A stretch of DNA of 64,000 nucleotides from the human T2T-CHM13v2.0 reference genome, Homo sapiens. This document shows, in pieces, positions 53,901-64,000 of the stretch. The stretch lies in assembly GCF_009914755.1 (NCBI RefSeq), contig NC_060948.1; one strand, 5' to 3'. How positions within the stretch are numbered: position 1 is the first letter of the stretch; each line of letters begins with the position of its first letter. Made by a program: the position numbers and the translations under genes. The notes beneath the pieces are model-generated. The model was not told where the DNA came from, ran no database searches, and saw nothing but the letters and a program-made list of their open reading frames with translations.

Positions 53901-54500
53901 GAATGCAATGGAGTCGAAACGTCGAAACTAATGGACTGGAATAGAATGGACTCGACTGGTACGGACTCCAATGGAATGGAATCGAATGGAAGGGAATCGA
54001 ACGGAATGGACTCGAAGGGAAAAGACTGCAATGGAAAGGTCTCGAATGGAATGGAAATTAATGGAATGGAATGGAATCGAATGAAATGGAGTCAAAAGGA
54101 ATGGAATCGAATGGCAAGAAATCGAATGTAATGGAATCGCAAGGAATTGATGTGAACGGAACGGAATGGAATGGAATCCAAAGGAATGGAATAGAATGGA
54201 ATGGAATCGAATGGAAAGGACTCGAATGGAAATCACTCGAATAGAATGCAATTTAATAAAATAGGATCAAATGTAATGGAATGGAATGGAAAGGAATCGA
54301 AACGAAAGGAATGGAGACAGATGGAATGGAATGGAACAGAGAGCAATGGTATAGAATGGAATGGAATCATCTGGAATGGAATTGAATGGAATGGAATAAT
54401 ATGAAATGGAATGGAATGGAATGGAATGCCCTTGAATTAAATGGACTGGAATGGAATGGACTCGAACAGAGTGGAATGGAAAGTGTTGAAATAGAATGGA
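50939..54500 (+). repeat. DYZ1 unit 3 (3562 bp, type B)
   Basis: Offset 50990 to 54552. Confidence 0.88.
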
Positions 54501-57500
54501 ATGGACTCGTTTGGAATGGTCTAGTATGCAATGCAATCGACTGGCAGGGAATCAAAAGGAATGTAATCGAATGGATTGGACTGGAATGCAATGGACTCGA
54601 ATAGATTGGAAACGGAAAGCAAAGGAATGGAATGGAATAGTATGGAATGGAATGCAAAGGAATGGAGTGGAATAGACTAGAGTGGAATGGAATGGACTCG
54701 AAAGCAATGGACTGGAATGGAACTTTCTTGAATGGACTGGAATCAAACGGAATGGAATGCAATGCAATCAAATGGCATGGAATAAAATAGAATGAAAGAG
54801 AATCAAATGGAATTGAATCGAATGGAATCGAATGGATTGGAAAAGAATAGAATGGAATGGAATGGAATTGACTCAAATGGAATGGACTAGAATGGAATGG
54901 ATTCGAATGGAAGGCAAAGGAATGGAATCTATTGGAATGGACTGTAATGGAATGGAATGGAAGGGATTGGAATGGACTCGAATGGAATGGACTGCAGTAG
55001 AAAGGATTCGAATGGAATGAAAAAGAATTGAATGGAATAGAACAGAATGGAATCAAATCGAATGAAATGGAATGGAATAGAAAGGAATGGAATGAAATGG
55101 AATGGAAAGGATTCGAATGGAATGCAATCGAATGGAATGAAATCGAATGGAATGGAATCGAACGGAATGGAATAAAATGGAAGAAAACTGGCAAGAAATG
55201 GAATCGAAATGAATGGAGTGTTATGGAACGGACTCAAAAGGAATTGAATGTAATAGAATGGAGTGGAGTGGACTCGAATATAATGGACTGGAATGGAATG
55301 AAATCACATGGAATGGGAACGAATGGAATGGAATGGAAAGGAATGGAATGGAAAGGAATGGAATCGAATGGAAAGGAATCGAATGGAAGGGAATGAAATT
55401 GAATCAACAGGAATGGAAGGAAGTAGAATAGACGGTAATGGAATGGACTCGAATAGAATGGACACGAATGCTCAAATTGAATGGACTCGAATGGAATGGA
55501 AACGAAAGGAATGTCGTCGAATGGAATTGAATCGATTGGAATGAAATCGCATAGAATGGAGTGGAATCAAATGGAATTGAATCGAAAGGAAAGGAAGCGA
55601 ATGGTCTGTAATGAAATGGAATGGAATTGAATGGAAAGTAATGCAAGGGAATAGAATGGAACGAAATTTCACGGAATGGAATCAAACTGAATGGAATCAA
55701 ATCAATGGAATATAATCAAATGGCATGGAAAGGAATTGAATGGAGTAGATTGGATTGGATGGGATTGGAATGAAATGTACTGGAAAGGACTCGAATTTCA
55801 TGAAATGGAATGGAATGAACTGGAACGGAATGGACTCGAATGGAATGGAATGTCATGGAATGGCATCAAATGGAATGGCATCAAATGGAATGGAATCGAA
55901 TGCAATGGAATGCTATGGAATGGAATGGAATGCATTGGAATGGAATGTCCCCTAATGGAATGGATTCGAGTGGAATGGAATCGAATATAATGGAGTCGAA
56001 TGAAATGGAATTGAAAGGAAAGGGATCGAATACAATGGAATATACTGGAATGTAATGTAATGAACTCGAATGTAATTGACTAGAATGGAATGTACATGAA
56101 TGGAATGTAATCGAATGGAAAATAATCTCATGGAATAGAATCTAATGCAATAAAATCGACTCAAATAGAATAGAATGGAATGGAGTGGAGTGCAGTGCAA
56201 TGGAATGGAATGGAATGGAATGCAATGGAATGGAATGGAATGGGATGGAATGGTATGGGATGGATAGAAATGGACTGGAGTGAAATGGACTGGAAAGTAA
56301 TGGACTCAAATTGAAAGAGCTCGAAAGAATGGAGTCAAATGGAATGGTCTGGAATGGAATGAACACGAATGTAATGCAATCCAATAGAATGGAATCGAAT
56401 GGCATGGAATATAAAGAAATGGAATCGAAGAGAATGGAAACGAATGGAATGGAATTGAATGGAATGGAATTGAATGGAATGGGAACGAATGGAGTGAAAT
56501 TGTATGCAGTAGAAGAGAATAGAATGGAATGCAAGCGAAATTAAAGGAATGGATTGGAATGGAATGGAATTCATTGGAATGGAAGGTAATGTATTGCAAT
56601 GGACAGGCCTTTAATAAAGTGGAATGCTACGGTCTCGAATGGAATAAAAATGTATGGAATGGAATTCAATGAAACGGAATCGAATGTCATAGAATGTAAT
56701 GGAATGCAAAAAAATGGAATCCAAAATCATTGACTGGAAAGGCTGGGTGTCGAAAGGAATTGACTCCAATGGAATGAAATCGAATGGAATGGAAGTGAAT
56801 AGAATCGAAGTAAATCGAATGGAATGGAATTGTTAGGAACGGAATGGAAAGGAGTGCAATGATTTGGCATGGAATGGAATCGAATGGCATTGAATGGAGT
56901 GGAATGGAATGCAATGGAATGGAATGTATTAGAATGTAATGAACATTAATGGAATGTACTCGAATGGAATCGACTGGAATGGAATGTTCTGGAAGTGAAT
57001 GGACTCCAATGGAATGGATTCGAAAGGAATGGAATCTAATGGAATGGAATTAAATGGAAACGAATCAAATTGAATAGCACGGAATTGAATTGAATGGAAT
57101 CGAATGCAATGGAATCTAATGAAATGGAAAGGAAAGGAATGGAATGGAATGGAATGGGCTGGAGTTGAATGGAATCGATACGAATGGAATGGAATAGAAC
57201 TGAAGAGACTGGAATGGAATTCACTGGAATGGAAGGGAGTGTAATGGAAGGATCTCGAAAAAAATGGAATCGAATGGAATGGAATTGAATGGAACGGAAT
57301 AGAGTCGAATGGAATTCAATGGAATTGAATGGACTAGAGTGAAATGGAATCGAACCACAAGGAATGGACAGGAATAGAATGGTCTCGAATTGAATGGAAT
57401 CGTATGGAATGACATCAAACGGAATGGAATGGACAGCCACGGAATGGAATGCCCTCGAATGCAATGGAGTCGAAACTAATGGACTGGAATAGAATGGACT

Positions 57501-58048
57501 CGACTGGTACGGACTCCAATGGAATGGAATCGAAAGGAAGGGAATCGAACGGAATGGACTCGAAGGGAAAAGACTGCAATGGAAAGGTCTCGAATGGAAT
57601 GGAAATTAATGGAATGGAATGGAATCGAATGAAATGGAGTCAAAAGGAATGGAATCGAATGGCAAGAAATCGAATGTAATGGAATCGCAAGGAATTGATG
57701 TGAACGGAACGGAATGGAATGGAATCCAAAGGAATGGAATAGAATGGAATGGAATCGAATGGAAAGGACTCGAATGGAAATCACTCGAATAGAATGCAAT
57801 TTAATAAAATAGGATCAAATGGAATGGAATGGAATGGAAAGGAATCGAAACGAAAGGAATGGAGACAGATGGAATGGAATGGAACAGAGAGCAATGGTAT
57901 AGAATGGAATGGAATCATCTGGAATGGAATTGAATGGAATGGAATAACATGAAATGGAATGGAATGGAATGGAATGCCCTTGAATTAAATGGACTGGAAT
58001 GGAATGGACTCGAACAGAGTGTAATGGAAAGTGTTGAAATAGAATGGA
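54501..58048 (+). repeat. DYZ1 unit 4 (3548 bp, type A)
   Basis: Offset 54552 to 58100. Confidence 0.88.
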
Positions 58049-61000
58049 ATGGACTCCTTTGGAATGGTCTAGTATGCAATGCAATCGACTGGCAGGGAAT
58101 CAAAAGGAATGTAATCGAATGGATTGGACTGGAATGCAATGGACTCGAATAGACTGGAAACGGAATGCAAAGGAATGGAATGGAATAGTATGGAATGGAA
58201 TGGAAAGGAATGGAGTGGAATAGACTAGAGTGGAATGGAATGGACTGGAAAGCAATGGACTGGAATGGAACATTCTTGAATGGACTGGAATCAAACGGAA
58301 TGGAATGCAATGCAATCAAATGGCATGGAATCAAATGGAATGAAAGGGAATCAAATGGAATTGAATCGAATGGAATCGAATGGATTGGAAAGGAATAGAA
58401 TGGAATGGAATGGAATTGACTCAAATGGAATGGACTAGAATGGAATGGATTCGAATGGAAGGCAAAGGAATGGAATCTATTGGAATGGACTGTAATGGAA
58501 TGGAATGGAAGGGATTGGAATGGACTCGAATGGAATGGACTGCAATAGAAAGGATTCGAATGGAATGAAAAAGAATTGAATGGAATAGAACAGAATGGAA
58601 TCAAATCGAATGAAATGGAATGGAATAGAAAGGAATGGAATGAAATGGAATGGAAAGGATTCGAATGGAATGCAATCGAATGGAATGGAATCGAACGGAA
58701 TGGAATAAAATGGAAGAAAACTGGCAAGAAATGGAATCGAAATGAATGGAGTGTTATGGAACGGACTCAAAAGGAATTGAATGTAATAGAATGGAGTGGA
58801 GTGGACTCGAATATAATGGACTGGAATGGAATGAAATCACATGGAATGGGAACGAATGGAATGGAATGGAAAGGAATGGAATCGAATGGAAAGGAATCGA
58901 ATGGAAGGGAATGAAATTGAATCAACAGGAATGGAAGGGAATAGAATAGACGGTAATGGAATGGACTCGAATAGAATGGACACGAATGCTCAAATTGAAT
59001 GGACTCGAATGGAATGGAAACGAAAGGAATGTCATCGAATGGAATTGAATCGATTGGAATGAAATCGCATAGAATGGAGTGGAATCAAATGGAATTGAAT
59101 CGAAAGGAAAGGAAGCGAATGGACTGAAATGAAATGGAATGGAATTGAATGGAAAGTAATGCAATGGAATAGAATGGAACGAAATTTCACGGAATGGAAT
59201 GAAACTGAATGGAATCAAATCAATGGAATCTAATCAAGTGGAAAGGAAAGGAATTGAATGGAGTAGATTGGATTGGATGGGATTGGAATGAAATGTACTG
59301 GAAAGGACTCGAGTTTCATGAAACGGAATGGAATGAATTGGAACGGAATGGACTCGAATGGAATGGAATGTCATGGAATGGCATCAAATGGAATGGCATC
59401 AAATGGAATGGAATCGAATGCAATGGAATGCTATGGAATGGAATGGAATGCATTGGAATGGAATGTCCTCTAATGGAATAGATTCGAGTGGAATGGAATC
59501 GAATATAATGGAGTCGAATGAAATGGAATTGAAAGGAATGGGATCGAATACAATGGAATATACTTGAATGTAATGTAATGAACTCGAATGTAATTGACTG
59601 GAATGGAATGTACATGAATGGAATGTAATCGAATGGAAAGTAATCCAATGGAATAGAATCTAATGCAATAAAATCGACTCAGATAGAGTAGAATGTAATG
59701 GAATTGAGTGCAGTGCAATGGAATGGAATGGAATGGAATGCAATGGAATGGAATGGAATGGAAAGGAATGGAATGGAATGGGATGGAATGGTATGGAATG
59801 GATAGTAATGGACTGGAGTGAAATGGACTGGAAATGAATGGACTCAAATTGAAAGGGCTCGAAAGGAATGGAGTCAAAAGGAATGGTCTGGAATGGAATG
59901 AACACGAATGTAATGCAATCCAATAGAATGGAATCGAATGGCATGGAATATAAAGAAATGGAATCGAAGAGAATGGAAACAAATGGAATGGAATTGAATG
60001 GAATGGAATTGAATGGAATGGGAACGAATGGAGTGAAATTGTATGCAGTAGAAGAGAATAGAATGGAATGCAAGCGAAAGGAAAGTAATGGATTGGAATG
60101 GAATGGAATTCATTGGAATGGAAGGGAATGTAGTGTAATGGACAGGCCTGGAATAAAGTGGAATGCTACGGTCTCAAATGGAATAAAAATGTATGGAATG
60201 GAATGCAATGAAACGGAATCGAATGTCATAGAATGTAATGGAATGCAAAAAAATGGAATCCAAAATCATTGACTGGAAAGGCTGGGTGTCGAAAGGAATT
60301 GACTCCAATGGAATGGAATCGAATGGAATGGAAGTGAATAGAATGGAACTAAATCGAATGGAATGGAATTGATAGGAACGGAATGGAAAGGAATGCAATG
60401 ATTTGGCATGGAATGGAATCGAATGGCATCGAATGGAATGGAATGGAATGCAATGGAATGGAATGTATTAGAATTTAATGAACTTTAATGGAATGTACTC
60501 GAATGGATTCGACTGGAATGGAATGTTCTGGAAGTGAATGGACTCCAATGGAATGGATTCAAAAGGAATGGAGTCGTACGGAATGGAATCTAATGGAATG
60601 GAATTAAATGGAAATGAATCAAATTGAATAGAACGGAATTGATTTGAATGGAATCGAATGCAATGGAATCTAATGAAACGGAAAGGAAAGGAATGGAATG
60701 GAATGGAATGGGCTGGAATGGAAAGGAATCGAAACGAATGGAATGGAATCGAACTGAAGAGACTGGAATGGAATGCACTGGAATGGAAGGGAGTGTAATG
60801 GAAGGTTCTCGAAAAAAATGGAATCGAATGGAATGGAATTGAGTGGAACGGAATAGAGTCGAATGGAATTGAATGGAATGGAATGGACTAGAGTGAAATG
60901 GAATCGAACCACAAGGAATGGACAGGAATAGAATGGTCTCGAATTGAATGGAATCGTATGGAATGGCATCAAACGGAATGGAATGGACAGCCACGGAATG

Positions 61001-61602
61001 GAATGCACTCGAATGCAATGGAGTCGAAACTAATGGACTGGAATAGAATGGACTCGACTGGTACGGACTCCAATGGAATGGAATCGAATGGAAGGGAATC
61101 GAACGGAATGGACTCGAAGGGAAAACACTGCAATGGAAAGGTCTCGAATGGAATGGAAATTAATGGAATGGAACGGAATCGAATGAAATGGAGTCAAAAG
61201 GAATGGAATCGAATGGCAAGAAATCGAATGCAATGGAATCGCAAGGAATTGATGTGAACGGAACGGAATGGAATGGAATCCAAAGGAATGGAATAGAATG
61301 GAATGGAATCGAATGGAAAGGACTCGAATGGAAATCACTCGAACAGAATGCAATTTAATAAAATAGGATCAAATGTAATGGAATGGAATGGAAAGGAATC
61401 GAAACGAAAGGAATGGAGACAGATGGAATGGAATGGAACAGAGAGCAAAGGTATAGAATGGAATGGAATCATCTGGAATGGAATTGAATGGAATGGAATA
61501 ATATGAAATGGAATGGAATGGAATGGAATGCCCTTGAATTAAATGGACTGGAATGGAATGGACTCAAACAGAGTGGAATGGAAAGTGTGGATATAGAATG
61601 GA
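58049..61602 (+). repeat. DYZ1 unit 5 (3554 bp, type B)
   Basis: Offset 58100 to 61654. Confidence 0.88.
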
Positions 61603-64000
61603 ATGAACTCCTTTGGAATGGTCTAGTAGACAATGCAATCGACAGGCAGGGAATCAAAAGGAATGTAATCGAATGGATTGGACTGGAATGCAATGGACTC
61701 GAATAGATTGGAAACGGAATGCAAAGGAATGGAATGGAATAGTATGGAATGGTATGGAAAGGAATGGAGTGGAATAGACTAGAGTGGAATGGAATGGACT
61801 GGAAAGCAATGGACTGGAATGGAACATTCTTGAATGGACTGGAATCAAACGGAATGGAATGCAATGCAATCAAATGGCATGGAATAAAATAGAATGAAAG
61901 AGAATCAAATGGAATTGAATCGAATGGAATCGAATGGATTGGAAAGGAATAGAATGGAATGGAATGGAATTGACTCAAATGGAATGGACTAGAATGGAAT
62001 GGATTCGAATGGAAGGCAAAGGAATGGAATCTATTGGAATGGACTGTAATGGAATGGAATGGAAGGGATTGGAATGGACTCGAATGGAATGGACTGCAGT
62101 AGAAAGGATTCGAATGGAATGAAAAAGAATTGAATGGAATAGAACAGAATGGAATCAAATCGAATGAAATGGAATGGAATAGAAAGGAATGGAATGAAAT
62201 GGAATGGAAAGGATTCGAATGGAATGCAATCGAATGGAATGAAATCGAATGGAATGGAATCGAACGGAATGGAATAAAATGGAAGAAAACTGGCAAGAAA
62301 TGGAATCGAAATGAATGGAGTGTTATGGAACGGACTCAAAAGGAATTGAATGTAATAGAATGGAGTGGAGTGGACTCGAATATAATGGACTGGAATGGAA
62401 TGAAATCACATGGAATGGGAACGAATGGAATGGAATGGAAAGGAATGGAATGGAAAGGAATGGAATCGAATGGAAAGGAATCGAATGGAAGGGAATGAAA
62501 TTGAATCAACAGGAATGGAAGGAAGTAGAATAGACGGTAATGGAATGGACTCGAATAGAATGGACACGAATGCTCAAATTGAATGGACTCGAATGGAATG
62601 GAAACGAAAGGAATGTCGTCGAATGGAATTGAATCGATTGGAATGAAATCGCATAGAATGGAGTGGAATCAAATGGAATTGAATCGAAAGGAAAGGAAGC
62701 GAATGGTCTGTAATGAAATGGAATGGAATTGAATGGAAAGTAATGCAAGGGAATAGAATGGAACGAAATTTCACGGAATGGAATCAAACTGAATGGAATC
62801 AAATCAATGGAATATAATCAAATGGCATGGAAAGGAATTGAATGGAGTAGATTGGATTGGATGGGATTGGAATGAAATGTACTGGAAAGGACTCGAATTT
62901 CATGAAATGGAATGGAATGAACTGGAACGGAATGGACTCGAATGGAATGGAATGTCATGGAATGGCATCAAATGGAATGGCATCAAATGGAATGGAATCG
63001 AATGCAATGGAATGCTATGGAATGGAATGGAATGCATTGGAATGGAATGTCCCCTAATGGAATGGATTCGAGTGGAATGGAATCGAATATAATGGAGTCG
63101 AATGAAATGGAATTGAAAGGAAAGGGATCGAATACAATGGAATATACTGGAATGTAATGTAATGAACTCGAATGTAATTGACTAGAATGGAATGTACATG
63201 AATGGAATGTAATCGAATGGAAAATAATCTCATGGAATAGAATCTAATGCAATAAAATCGACTCAAATAGAATAGAATGGAATGGAGTGGAGTGCAGTGC
63301 AATGGAATGGAATGGAATGGAATGCAATGGAATGGAATGGAATGGGATGGAATGGTATGGGATGGATAGAAATGGACTGGAGTGAAATGGACTGGAAAGT
63401 AATGGACTCAAATTGAAAGAGCTCGAAAGAATGGAGTCAAATGGAATGGTCTGGAATGGAATGAACACGAATGTAATGCAATCCAATAGAATGGAATCGA
63501 ATGGCATGGAATATAAAGAAATGGAATCGAAGAGAATGGAAACGAATGGAATGGAATTGAATGGAATGGAATTGAATGGAATGGGAACGAATGGAGTGAA
63601 ATTGTATGCAGTAGAAGAGAATAGAATGGAATGCAAGCGAAATTAAAGGAATGGATTGGAATGGAATGGAATTCATTGGAATGGAAGGTAATGTATTGCA
63701 ATGGACAGGCCTTTAATAAAGTGGAATGCTACGGTCTCGAATGGAATAAAAATGTATGGAATGGAATTCAATGAAACGGAATCGAATGTCATAGAATGTA
63801 ATGGAATGCAAAAAAATGGAATCCAAAATCATTGACTGGAAAGGCTGGGTGTCGAAAGGAATTGACTCCAATGGAATGAAATCGAATGGAATGGAAGTGA
63901 ATAGAATCGAAGTAAATCGAATGGAATGGAATTGTTAGGAACGGAATGGAAAGGAGTGCAATGATTTGGCATGGAATGGAATCGAATGGCATTGAATGGA
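61603..64000 (+). repeat. DYZ1 unit 6 (partial, type A)
   Basis: Runs off the window end; closely matches unit 4 at offset 7102. Confidence 0.88.

Larger units (their letters stand above)
44662..64000 (+). repeat. DYZ1 / HSat3 (GGAAT)n satellite array, ~3.55-kb unit, GGAAT strand on +
   Basis: Degenerate GGAAT pentamers throughout. The landmark tctagtatgc (or variant) recurs at 44681, 47410, 50958, 54520, 58068 and 61622. A gacaggcc (HaeIII) site occurs once per full unit at 49482, 53035, 56606, 60145 and 63708, with a nearby gaattc, as expected for the classical ~3.5-kb DYZ1 fragment. Confidence 0.95.

Noticed and set aside
44713-63992. MEWNG- and FHSIP-repeat ORFs up to 275 aa
   Set aside because: GGAAT/ATTCC pentamers have no stop codons in any frame; these are well-known spurious satellite translations.

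Overview
This window is entirely primate satellite DNA, almost certainly human Yq12 heterochromatin, spanning a boundary between two arrays. Bases 1-~44661 are a head-to-tail DYZ2/HSat1B array with a 2420-bp unit: a minus-strand AluY-like element of ~290 bp, a ~570-bp HSATI-type segment and ~1.55 kb of extremely AT-rich sequence. There are 18 Alu-bearing copies. Bases ~44662-64000 are a (GGAAT)n HSat3 array with a ~3.55-kb unit typical of DYZ1. I find no credible gene, RNA gene, CRISPR array or new protein-coding system; every ORF in the track is a by-product of the repeats. The interest lies in the record of array evolution. The homogeneous DYZ2 core contains single-unit tandem duplications of different ages, and divergence rises toward the boundary, where units keep ancestral Alu alleles. 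Several rearrangement scars are present: a 250-bp deletion with a fold-back templated insert, a 171-bp patchwork insertion and a ~1.12-kb deletion. The DYZ2/DYZ1 junction is nearly blunt, the first DYZ1 unit is eroded, and the DYZ1 units alternate A/B with a ~7.1-kb dimeric period. All comparisons were made by eye and from the ORF-track offsets, so they should be confirmed by alignment.
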